64,000 nucleotides of DNA from Octopus vulgaris (taxonomy: Eukaryota), in contig OX597814.1 of assembly GCA_951406725.2 (NCBI GenBank), positions 24,552,001-24,616,000 on the forward strand. Reading direction: 5' to 3'. Made by a program: the position numbers and the translations under genes. This document shows positions 25,408 through 37,406 of this stretch, piece by piece; position 1 is the stretch's first letter; each line of letters begins with the position of its first letter. The notes under the pieces are model-generated. The model saw only the letters and a program-made list of their open reading frames with translations, ran no database searches and was not told the origin of the DNA.

Positions 25408-25956
25408 CTAGCAGTATAGCCCGGCGTTGCCTGGGTATGTAAGAGCCCCTAGTAGGCAACGACTAATCCCAATCTAGTCCTTTCCCTCTAGGGAACGAAA
25501 GTGCATGTGTAGGTTGCAATGTCTTCTGTGTATACGATGTTCCTAGCTGTCCCTTTGGGCGAAAACGCGATTTCCCAAAATGGCATGATTTTATCGATTT
25601 TTTCTGATGGTAAGGTATTGCATGGAAAACTAACGTCAAAATTAAGTTTCTTAGGGTAACATTAAGCTTCACCATGAGTTTGGTGAAAATCGATTGCAAG
25701 TTGCGAAAACTACAACAGAAAATGTGTTGCATATAAAAAGCATAGATTCTCGACCCCATGTCGAATTTATCAATTTTTTCTAAAAACTGGGGTAACTTTT
25801 CAAAATTTTCGCTGCGTTAGTTTTGAATTATGACATTGGGCTATGAGTGTGTCAAGTTTCATCAGAATCGGTTGAAAGCCGTGGTCAGGGTGAGGGTACA
25901 ACCTGACTGACACACAGACACACAGACAGACAAACTGCCGTTTATATATAGAGAGA
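25408..25956 (-). mobile_element. Non-autonomous Helitron, 549 bp
   Basis: On the minus strand it starts TC(TCTCTATATATAAA) and ends CTAG, with a subterminal GC-rich hairpin CCCAGGC-AAC-GCCGGG about 12 nt from the 3' end. It is inserted between A and T with no TSD and has an internal (GACA)n microsatellite. Confidence 0.85.
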
Positions 25957-26344
25957 TTCTGGGACATGACTTTCTAAAACTTCTGTATCCAGAGAATCAT
26001 TGAAAATATTTTATTGTTATTTTACATGTTCTGAAGTTGGTGGCTCTTTCTTATGTATGAGGCCCCTAAACAATGATCTGAATACAATTGCTACTAAATT
26101 TCATAGTATTTCTTCATTTGATGATTTTTTCTTCTAAGAGTGGGATTAAATGGTTTCTTGATGATGACATCATTGCACCCTTAGAAAGTCTGTGGTAAAC
26201 TCATGTGGTACACATAAGAGACATTGACAAACACATTGTTTTTAACTTTCGCAAATATGAATTACTAGATGCTTATTCATTTTATAATATGAAGATCTTG
26301 CATTTTATTTACTACAATAAATTTTACAGCATACTATACTCATT

Positions 26345-26755
26345 TTTTTACTCTTTTACTTGTTTCAGTCATTTGACTGCGGCCATGCTGGAGCACCGCC
26401 TTTAGTCGAGTAAATCAACCCTGGGACTTATTCTTTGTAAGCCCAGTACTTATTCTATCGGTCTCTTTTGCCGAACCGCTAAGTGACGGGGACGTAAACA
26501 CACCAGCATCGGTTGTCAAGCAATGCTAGGGGGACAAACACAGACACACAAACACATACACAAACACTTACATATATATATACATATATACGACAGGCTT
26601 CTTTCAGTTTCCGTCTACCAAATCCACTCACAAGGCATTGGTCGGCCCGGGGCTAAGGCAGAAGACACTTGCCCAAGATACCACGCAGTGGGACTGAACC
26701 CGGAACCATGTGGTTGGTTAGCAAGCTACTTACCACACAGCTACTCTTGCGCCTA
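26345..26755 (-). mobile_element. Full-length family A SINE inserted in the gypsy RT
   Basis: Near-identical reverse complement of 55885-56298. Confidence 0.9.
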
Positions 26756-28544
26756 TAGAATCTACTCCACAATGATGATAAAAGATGCACAGTATTTCAG
26801 ATTAGTAGATGTCTATTCCAGTTTACAAGTTTACTCTGTCATGTTCCTCTTGTGAGTGTTTTTCAAAGAGTAATGTTATATAATTAGTAACATGTGATAT
26901 CAAAGATGTTCATACCTATATCAATGATGTTGTCACTAGTAAAACTATGGAGGATCATGAAGGAAACTTGGCTCAATTTATTTCAGTTACTAAGACATTT
27001 GACATTTACATTTGACATTGACAAATCTCCACTCCATAAAACATCCAATTTTTACATTGGATACAATAAAGGAAATAAATTTTTGCAAGCTGACTTGGAA
27101 AGATTAAAGATTCTTGCCGATCACCTGGTGGCTAGTAATGCTAAACAACTTCAGCTACAAGATTTGTTTAATTACCACTCTAAATGGATTGTCCTCTTTG
27201 AAACTAATTCAAGAAAACATTCTATTCTTCTGCTTAATACTTTAGTTGTTAATAGCTATTTGTTATTAATCTTACAAGTATTTCCACTATGTGTTGAAAC
27301 TGATGTATTTAGAATTACAATTTTAAATGTCATTTTGCTCTAATAAGCTTGTTACTTTCTTCTCCAGAAATTTTCTTCATCCTAACCAAAATCTCTCATT
27401 GTGAAAGAGTCTATATCTATCACAGAGAGTTTGAAGAAATGCCACTTTTTTTTTTTTTTTACTTTAAGACAACTTTACATTACATACTGAGCAACAGGTG
27501 TTCACATTCATATTTAGTTTCCAGATTAAAGGGGAAGAAAAACAAAACAAAGTGATTCTTTAATGATTCAGAGAAAAAAATATGGTGCTACAATTATGAC
27601 ATCTGATACATACCTGAACAAAGTGACACAGCTGATGTACTTACTTGTACAAGAGCATTCTCTATAACATCTCAGGAATCAATCTTACATAAACCTTAAT
27701 ATCAGCTTGGAATGTCATGAACATGCTATTATGTCAGGTTTAACATCTTGCCTTTCTCATTCAAAGATATTTAAAAGATTATGTAATGACTGCTCAGAAT
27801 TGAAACCACAATTCTTCTATCCTTCTCATGACAAACTTATCAAATTTGTATAACCTGTTAAATATCCCAGTGTCAGTTTCAAAACTCCTCTATCACAATT
27901 TAACTATCACTGCTACATGATTATGATTATAAATGAATATTAGGGTTTTCCTTTCACATTTACATGCATAGATATGACAGCTCCTAAATTAATTTAATTT
28001 TTACAATCCATTTTACATGATTGATGTTCCAGTTTTAATCCACTCAGACCAAAGATCCCAGTATGTATCTTTAGTTGTCTCAAATATTTTTGAGAACAAT
28101 AATATTATTCTAATAAAACAAGTCCCTCTCATTCCACCGAAGCCAGTGAAGTGGAAAATTTAAACAAAAATAGATGAAGAACAATAACACTTGCCTTTCT
28201 CTCAAAAAATTTGGTCTCCAAAAGATTATTGTGAGAAACTTTAGAAAAATCATTCCAGGCAATTAGGTCCAGCATTTGTACTACAATTAAATAAATTTGT
28301 CTTGAAATACTATTCAACTCTCAGCATCATTTATCAACAGAACAATCTTTAAACGATTGCTTGAACCTGGAGTCATTTTTATGTAGATATGTACTAATTG
28401 AGAAGACTCATCCATCTATGCAAATATAGTGATACTTATGTTATACTCATGTACATACTCATGCACACACATGCATATCTATTCACACATGCACATGCTT
28501 ACATGTACATGTAAAAATGCATATATATAGTCAAGCATATATAG

Positions 28545-28868
28545 CAGCACTTCGTCGGTTGTGACAATGAGCGTCCCAGCTGATACGATCAACGGAACAG
28601 CTTTGCTCGTGAAATTAACGTGCAAGTGGCTGAGCACTCCACAAACACGTGCACCCCTAATGTAGCTCTCGGGGAGATTCATCATGACAGAGTGTGACAA
28701 GGCCAGCCCTTTGAAATACAGGTACTACTCATTTTTGCCAGCTGGATAGACTGGAGCAACGTGAAATAAAGTGTCTTGCTCAAGGACACAACGCACCACC
28801 AGGAATTGAACTCATGACCTTATGATCATGAGCCAAATGCTCCTAACCACTAAGCTACATGCCTTCAC
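28545..28868 (-). mobile_element. Family B SINE inserted in the gypsy integrase tail
   Basis: Reverse complement of 41821-42140 with moderate divergence. Confidence 0.9.
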
Positions 28869-29019
28869 CAAGCATATATATATATATATATATGTGTGTA
28901 TATTCACATATACACACATACAAACGTACACCACTACTGCTGCTGACAATGGTGGTGACTGTTTAATCCTAAAAGAAAATATGAACCAACGACAGATCAC
29001 CTTAAATCATTTGACACTA

Positions 29020-29322
29020 TTACTCTTTTACTTGTTTCAGTCATTTGACTGTGGCCATGCTGGAGTACCACCTTTATTTGAGCAAATTGTCCCTAGGACT
29101 TATTCTTTGTACGCCTAGTACTTATTCTATCGGTCACTTTTGCTGAACCACTAAGTTACGGGGACGTAAACACACCAGCATCGGTTGTCATATGATGTTG
29201 GTGGGGGGATAAACACAGACACACATACATATATATACATATATACGACGGGCTTCTTTCAGTTTCCGTCTACCAAATTGGTTCATAAGAAAGCTACTAA
29301 CCACACAGCCACTCTTACGCCT
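29020..29322 (-). mobile_element. Family A SINE with an internal deletion
   Basis: Matches 26345-26755 but lacks most of the core segment between CTACCAAAT and GGTT. Confidence 0.85.
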
Positions 29323-30095
29323 ATTCATCACTATACTTGTATCAAATACCTGGATGGCAGAATTGATGTCTCCAATGAAGATATAATACCTTTCTGAAAG
29401 ATTGAATGCTAAAGAAAATCAGATTGGTTCTACAGAAGAGTGTTGCATTGGTGATTGATATAATCTCAGCCTGTAGCTGAATCTAAACTAAGCAAGCTCT
29501 GTACCCAGTAATAGATCTTCCCTTAATGATTGCTGCAGGGAAATGCTGAAAAGTCAGGCTCAACAAGCTTGTGAGTGGGAGCAATCCAGCTCTGATCCAA
29601 CACTTGAAGAGGAAATTACAGCTGCACCATTTGGATTAACTTGACTTCAACAAGGAACCACAAAGCACCAGATAGATTAAATATTTAAAACACCAGCGAA
29701 TGCTACAAAATCATTATTGTTGCTTCTCGGTCCTGGTGCATTATGGCATGCATTAAATAAAAGGTGCCAAACAGCCAGTTGCATTAAATAGGAGCAACAG
29801 TGAATATATGGAGGAAGCAGTAGCAGCAGTCATGTTTCCCTTTATGCATTAAATACATAATCTGAATGTTTTAGCCAAGTAAAACTATTCAATCCAATGC
29901 AACTGTTTTGAGTCACAATATTGCCATACCTTCATAGTCATAAAAAATAAGGGAGAAATTTAAAAAATCTTAAAAGGAAGATATAGTCAACAGTAACAAT
30001 ACCATTTATTTTGAAACATTAAAAGTATAATTGCAATAATAACTTTTCACAAAAATAACATTTCACAAACATTCTAAATTTTTGTTTATATATCA

Positions 30096-30147
<52 letters not shown>

Positions 30148-30159
30148 CATTATTATCAT

Positions 30160-30342
30160 AGTCCAGCAGTCTTATTTTTATCACGTGCTTTCACTGCACA
30201 ACTGATCGCAACTCTGTGTGTCTTGGGTATGTGCTGTGGTTTGTTGTGGTGCTCTTATTTTCACTAAAAGTGCGTTACATAGGATTTGCACAGTGCCTAA
30301 TAGTGCTTTTTTCTGCATGTTATATACATTCGTAAGTCCTGA
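30160..30342 (-). mobile_element. 5'-truncated R4/Dong-like LINE 3' end inside (ATT)n
   Basis: Minus strand reads GLTNVYNMQKKALLGTVQIL followed by a 3'UTR ending GTGAAAGCACGTGATAAAAATAAGACT, shared with 37525-37550. (ATT)n on both sides. Confidence 0.75.
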
Positions 30343-30371
30343 TTATTACTATTATTATTATTATTATTTAA

Positions 30372-30910
30372 AGGACAGTACATACCATCAAAATGATGCT
30401 GGGGTACAAATATACAAAGCCCAATATATCCATCATTACTACCTGTCTAAATAAGAGTGTTCTAGGCACATACATCACAGCCGTATGTACACAACATGAT
30501 GACCTCATATCAAGATAAATGGCACACAACCTTGAAGGCAAGGCCAACTTAGAATTTTCTTCAGATCAAGTAGTCCATTCTGCTCAAAAGAGCCCAGAAT
30601 AAAGGTTGCTTAAGGATGATGAATGAAATACCCATGATTCCAAGGGAATTTTTTAAACCAACGAAGAATACCTCTCAACACATGATTATGATGCTCCTCC
30701 TCTACTGCTGCTCATGATCAGAGATGCTTATATTGTCAGCCACTCAACTAGTTATGGTCAAGCAGCTGACAAAAAATCTGTGGTATGGAGCAGAATATTT
30801 GCTGTAGCCCATCTTTTACACCAAGACAAAACATGTATATGTTAACACAGCCAATCACTTAAGATCAGAAGCCATGCAAACCACTATCTGGTATTGCATC
30901 AGGACATTGA
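30372..30910 (-). mobile_element. ~535-bp non-coding element (family E) in a microsatellite
   Basis: Reverse complement of 35528-36062, flanked by (ATT)n tracts. Confidence 0.85.
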
Positions 30911-33900
30911 TTATTGTTGTTGTTGTTATTATTATTACTATTACTATTTTGCCTATTGATTAAAAAAAAACTGATTTCACTTTGAAAACCATTCTTTGAT
31001 AAATATAGATTTGGAATGTTAAAGAGAATTTCAAGGTATTTGCTTTTATAATAGGAAGGAGAAAGTGGCAATGATTTCTTATTCCTCAAGAAGATACTTC
31101 AGTATATTTCCTTATGGATATTATTTGTAAAGGATTACAATTCCTTACCATTGCTGCTTTCCGTTTTATATTCTTCATTTTCATGAATTTGCTTTCTTGG
31201 TTACTTCTTCATAGGAACTGGAATTTTCTGCACAAATACAAAAAGGAAAACAATTTTTTTTTATACCTGTTCTTTGTGCTGAAATATAGTGTATTGATTT
31301 AGTTTGTCTTCTTGGAACAGGTGTTTGACTGGGGAAGTTTCTTCCTTGCACTAATCCTTTGATCATAAAATAAGACAGAGTTCCTATTTTCTAACGGTGA
31401 AGTCTGAGATAAACAAAGTAGAAAAAATTATTTGACTTTGCCTGAAGTTGGAAGTATCTGATCTTATTCTATCCATTAGTTCAAACCGGTTGTAGATTAC
31501 TTCATTTTCTTTATTTGTTAATCTAAAATGATTGTATAGACAGATTCTACTAGTTTTTACAATCCCCAAATGTCTGTGAAGTTTCAATAAATTGAGTGAT
31601 TAATATTAAATTTTGAACCCACCCAGATTATTTTTGTAAGGCAGTATGAGCAGAAAGGGCAGTAGAGATGGCTTTAACTTAAGATAACTGGGTTCGATCA
31701 AATCATTTAGTTGATATTGTTTAACCCAAAGTCAGCACTAATTGAGCAGACCTACAATCAAAGGCATTCCAGCATTAACTACCAAAATATTTTAAGCATA
31801 TATAGGACTACATTAATTGATATGTCCTTCCCTTATTTCACATGGTAGTTATTTGAGTGGGATTTTGCTGCTGTTTTTAGTAGATCAAGTAACCACATAA
31901 AGATTAGTTTATTGACTTATAAAACGATCAGCTGGCCTTCAAATTGAGATAGAGTATGTGTGATAAGAACAAGAAATGCATCAAGAGAATTTTAAGTGGA
32001 GCTGACAAAAATTTCATAAACTTTAAGGAGCAGTGTATTTTACTAGCAATAAAAATGACAGAAAGAAGACAGCTTAGTGTGTTGGGGCTTTTTGCTTTTG
32101 ATTTTACAATATTTTGTTAAAAATTCCATATCTAGTCTGTTAATCTAAAGAAATTTTTAAAGTATTTTAGTTAAATAATTTTTAAGTTATATCTCTATTC
32201 TATCTTTTGTCGTTCCTATTAGCATTGGCTCATTATTTTTAAATCTGTCATCAACAAAGGATTTAATATCTAAGACACATTTTTGATGAAGCAAAATACC
32301 AAATAAAATTAGTGCAGAGGGAAACTCTGATTTGTGGCATACAATTATCACTTGCATCATCACCAGCAAGCCACTATTACCACCACTGCAGTTACTATTA
32401 TGATTATTATTATTATTATAATTATTATTATTATTATCACCTACAATCTCCTTTGTTTTGCTTTTATATTATATCTTTGTTATGTCACAAAATATCTTCT
32501 TCCCATCTGTCTGTGTCTGTTGTATCTTTTGTCAGTTTCCCATAAAGCTTAACTTTCTTAAATCAGATCTATTTATAAAAAAAAAATATGAAAACAGTTT
32601 TGCTTTCTAAAATTGTCTCCTTTTGATAAATATTATTGATAATGATGATAATAGTAATTGTGTTGAGGAGATGATGATGCAGATGATAATGTATTTCATT
32701 AATTCTACATTTTATTAGATACTAAGGAACCACATTTTTCTTGTTAAATTATTCAGTATCTTTCAGTTGGATTTTAGAGTTACTGACATGAATGAACTTT
32801 ATCTCCGCCACTTAGTCTTTTAATATTTTATGCATTCAACTAGTATTTGACCATTTAATTATCTTTCTTTATCCTCATATAGTCAAGATGTCTGAAACTA
32901 CTTTATTGCCATGTCAAGTGGATTTTGATAATTTATGTGTGTGTGTGTGTTTTTTTTCTTACTTTATGCAGTTAATTAAGTATTTTTTTAAATAACTGTA
33001 TTCATAAGAATACACATTGGGCTTAATAATTACGACATTGATTTTGATTCTTTCTGTTCTTTTATGGTAAATTCTATATATTGTTTCATTTCTAATGCAT
33101 TTCTTTCATATCTCATTCTAACCTCATTTAAATAAGAATTGTCCACTTTAAAGTTTAGTCAATTCTTAAAAGATATTGTGTACTCATGCATGAAAGAGAT
33201 AAAGTTGCCAATTATTACTCATCATGAAACTTCAATTATTTTTTTCTTCCATTCTTGCAAGTGACTTTTCTCTTTTCTTTTTGTACAAGAATCCTGTTCC
33301 TCTTAATTCTTTCTTTTTATAGTTTTATGAGTTCTATGGGTCTTGCCACACTAGTAAACAAGCTTGTTTATTATAGCCTATGTTGATGCTGTTATTACTG
33401 CTAAAGAAAATTTTGTTCAAATATTTTACTTTAGAAGGAAGGGCAATGTACATGACTCTTTTTCAGGGCCTTTGAGCTGGATGGGAAGGAGGGCGATACT
33501 TTTAAACAAGAGACTGTCCACCAATCTGATTGACCGCTTCTCGCTGCCCTAAATGAGATATAGCACTGGGATGGTGTTGTGGTCTTCTTAGATCACTAGG
33601 ATTTGGATATTCATACAGACCCTACCTAATCACACGTTCTTGGGAACCTCTGCATGAACCACCTATCCATAATATGGTGCAAAAATTATGAAAGATCAAG
33701 GACCAATGTCATTACCAAAAATTTCTGATCATGAGTTTTGTCTTTTCTTTACCCATCCAGTGCAGCACCAACCTGAGAGGAGGTATGTGGAATACCAACT
33801 CCTTATGTTTCCTTGTTTTAACATTGACCTTAATAACTAACCACATGCTTCCATATGCCCTTTCCCAATCATGAAAGCACATATCTTGTCATACTTCATT

Positions 33901-34289
33901 CAAGGCTTCTAATAACCTCCTTTGATAGTATCCAGAAGTCCTCTCCACGTTTTGAAAGACAAATGCATGTCAGCTTGCAACTTGCCCTTTACAAGGTAAA
34001 TTTCTTTGCTAAAGAGGCATTGTCTTGTGTGAATTATTTCTGTGCCTCTCTCTTGCTCTGGAGTTAAGGGGTATCTAATAATTCCTTTCAGCTTGCAATG
34101 TTACTAAAGCACACGTCGAGAGCTTTAGTGGTTGTGCTTATATTAGTGTTGTATTTGGGTTTTTGTTTGATGAATTAAGGATATGTTTATGTGCTTGTCT
34201 TATAATTTATTCTCATTTTTAAAAATTAATTTCCATTTTCAAAGATTTTGCAGTCATATTTGCTGCTACCACTTTTGTGGCTAGTGCCT

Positions 34290-35042
34290 CATCTGTCATC
34301 AATATTGAAAGGATTGAAAAGATTCTTTTCAATATATGTAGTAATGACAGATTGCTTTTATACAGTACATATAGAAAATTGAATGCTTTTGTACGACCAG
34401 TATTGTAGCTGATGCTTCATTATTCCATCTAGAATTGTTCAGTAAAGCAAGCTAGTGCCTCTCTTTACTATTCCAGATGTGACTATCTGTTTTGAGACAT
34501 TGGGAATGAGAGATATTAGTCAAAAGTTTGAAAAGTTATAGATGTTCCTGTCTTTGATGTGTGATATACTGTGGCATGTTTCCAAATATTTGGCTAGATC
34601 CCTGTAAAAAGAAAAATGGTGAAGAATTGGTGCAAGCAGGGACTTGGTTTAGAGTGCAATATTTGGTTTCAATGGAATGAACATTGTCTGAGCTGTTTCT
34701 TTAGTAAATTTTCATTGAAGCTTTCTAACAGAAGTGAAGGGTCATATGAGAACCATAACTCTTCTCTGAGGAGTTGACACTGGGTGGCTAAGCGTATATA
34801 TAGAATAATTTCATCATGGTATTTTGTGGGAATTGGTGTAGGACTTGTGGGGATATTGTTCCAGAAAATACATCTCACAAGCGACATCTTTCATCAATAT
34901 TGAAAGAATTGAAATGGTTTCTTTCAATATGTCTAGTAGTGATAGATTGCTTTTGTATGGCATATATAGAAAATTGAATGCTTTTGTATAGCACGTATTG
35001 ATGCTTCACTTTTCCATCTAGAATTGTTCAGTAAAGCAAGAG
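34290..35042 (+). repeat. Diverged ~160-bp direct duplication (34290-34452 and 34885-35042)
   Basis: CATCT.TCATCAATATTGAAAG..ATATAGAAAATTGAATGCTTTTGTA..CCATCTAGAATTGTTCAGTAAAGCAAG present in both. Confidence 0.9.
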
Positions 35043-35527
35043 TAGTTTTTTTCTTTATTTATATGTAAGGCACTTAGTTTTAAGAAATATTGGCCATGTA
35101 TAGGCATAACTGTCTATCTCATCATCTTATTTCATCATTCCCCAACCACCTCCTCTTCTTGACTTTCATAATGGCCTGATTTAAATTTTTAGCTCTGTCT
35201 ATATCGTTTTGCACATTATTTGCTTCCTACTCATTCATCCACTTTAAACATCACTCACAACACTTTCCTCTCGTATTCCACATCCAACATCCCTTTATTT
35301 CCTTTTTTCATTTTCTAACTTGTGACTAAATTCACGTTTAGATGATAGTCAAGAGAGTCTTCACTCTTAATGGTAACTAAACTGATCAATTTCTAGTAGA
35401 AACTCTCCCATCAAATAATTTAATTCTTTGTGGAAATAAATTTGTAATTTTCTGTGATTGCCACATAGTCTTCAAGTCAGCTATTATTTTTATTATTATA
35501 ATAATAATTATTATTATTATAGTAATA

Positions 35528-36062
35528 AATGCCCTGATGCATTACCAAGCAGTGTCTCTCATAGCTTCTGATCTTCACTGATTGGAAGTGTTATCATGTA
35601 CATTGTTTTGTCTTGGTATAAAAGATGGGCTACAGCAAATATTCTGCTCAATACCACAGATTTGCTTGTCAGTTGTTTGACCTTAACCAGTTGATGGCTG
35701 ACGATATGTGCATCTCTGATCATGAGCAGAAGTAGTGAGGGAGCCTCATGAGAGGAATTCTTAGGGGTTTGAATAATTCATTGCTGGAAACATGGGTATC
35801 TCATTCAAAAACCTTCAACAACCCTTATTCAGGGACTTTTGAGCAGGATGGGCTACTCAACCTGAAGAAAATTCTAACTAGGCCCCACCTGCAAGGTCAT
35901 GTGCTGTTTATATTGATATGAGATCACCATGTCGTGCACATATGGTTGTGATGCATGAGCCTAGTGTACCCTTATCAGATGGGTAGTCATGCTGGGTATA
36001 CTGGGCTTTGTATATTTTACGCCAGTGTCACTTTGATGGCATGCACTGCTCTCTCACTCAAT
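35528..36062 (+). mobile_element. Family E element, copy 1 of a tandem pair
   Basis: AATGCCCTGATGCA...GGCATGCACTGCTCTCTCACTCA followed by (ATA)n; preceded by AAT repeats. Confidence 0.85.
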
Positions 36063-36091
36063 AATAATAATGATAATGATGATGATGATGA

Positions 36092-36645
36092 TGTGGTACC
36101 AGGCAGTGGCTCGCGTGGCTTTTGATCTTAACTGACTGGAAATGTTATCATGTACATTGTTTTGGCATGGTAATAAAAGATGGGCTACAGCAAATATTTT
36201 GCTCAAAACCACAGATTTGCTTGTCGGTTGCTTGACCTTAACCAGTTGAGCATGTCCTTGGTGGCTGATGGTATGTGCATCTCTGATCATGAGCAGAAGT
36301 TGCTGGAGAGCATCATAGCCATGTATTGAGAGAAAATCTTTGGGGTTTGAATAATTCACCTCTGGAAATATGGGTGTTTTGTTCATCATCCTCTAAACAA
36401 CCCTTATTCAGGGACCATTTGACTGGGATGGGCTACTTGACCTGAAGAATATTCTTGCTGGGCTCCACCCATATGGTCACACGCTGTTTGTTTTGATATA
36501 AGATCACCATATCATGCATATATGTTTGTGATGCATGTGCCTAGTGTTCCCTTATCAGATAGGTTGTCATAATGGGTATACTGGGCTTCATATATTTGTA
36601 CCCCAGGCTCACTTTGATGGCATGCACTGCTCTTTTGCTCAATGA
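36092..36645 (+). mobile_element. Family E element, copy 2 of a tandem pair
   Basis: Colinear with 35528-36062, separated from it by (AAT)(GAT)n. Confidence 0.85.
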
Positions 36646-36795
36646 TAATGAGATTGATAATAATGTATCTCCAAAAGAAATAGAGAAACTCTCACAATAC
36701 AAAGATCTGGAAATAGAGATAACTTGAATGTGGGATCTAAAAGCAGAAACAATCCCTATAATAACAGGTGCATTAGGTATGATTAAAAGACATAT

Positions 36796-37183
36796 AGGTG
36801 CAGGGGTGGCTGTGTGGTAAGTAGCTTGCTTACCAACAACAACATACTGTGTGGCACCTTGGGTAATTGCCTTCTACTATAGCCTCAGGCCAACCAAAGC
36901 CTTTTGAATAGATTTGGTAGATGGAAACTCAAAGAAGCCTGTCATATATATGTGTGTGCGTGTGTGTAATCGTGTGTCAGTGTTTGTCCCCTCCCCCATC
37001 ATCGCTTGACAACTGATCCTAAAGTGCTTACATCTCTGTAACTTAGCAGTTTGGCAAAAGACACCAATAGAATAAGTACTAGGCTTACAAAGAATAAGTC
37101 CTGGGGTCAATTTGTTTGACTAAAGGTGGTGTTCCAGCATGGCTGCAGTCAAATGACTGAAGCCAAAAAGAAAAGAAAAAGAA
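36796..37183 (+). mobile_element. Family A SINE
   Basis: GGTGCAGGGGTGGCTGTGTGGTAAGTAGC head through AATGACTGAAGCC(AAAAG)n tail. Confidence 0.88.
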
Positions 37184-37275
37184 TACAGATAAATACATAA
37201 CCAAAACAACAGGTTATATTGGGCTTTGTTTATTTGTACCCAAGCACCCCTTTGATGGTACGTGCTGTTCTTTTG

Positions 37276-37276
<1 letters not shown>

Positions 37277-37325
<49 letters not shown>

Positions 37326-37348
37326 TAATAATAATAATCAGGACGTAC

Positions 37349-37403
<55 letters not shown>
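37277..37403. repeat. (AAT)n plus (AT)n microsatellites
   Basis: Directly visible. Confidence 0.95.

Positions 37404-37406
<3 letters not shown>

Larger units (their letters stand above)
24137..29760 (+). mobile_element. Fossil Ty3/gypsy LTR retrotransposon (gag-pol pseudogene) with nested insertions
   Basis: Ordered degenerate domains: gag (..VCSLEVAQRNAEAY, about 24400-24867), Zn-knuckle remnant (about 25110-25185), protease (LFNLCS..RFID; ILGHDFL split by a Helitron), RT (IIAPLESLW; VFQRVM; YIND at 26917; ADLERLKIL), RNase H (VETDV about 27293; VTFFSR), integrase (CNDCSELKP; INEY*GFPF; IHSDQRSQY at 28041) and C-terminus (IKYLDGR; STRNHKAPDRLNI* at 29688). LTR-like similarity between 24137 and 29701. 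Confidence 0.85.

Noticed and set aside
26894-27343. 149-aa ORF as a novel protein
   Set aside because: It is a frameshifted piece of the gypsy RT-RNase H region.
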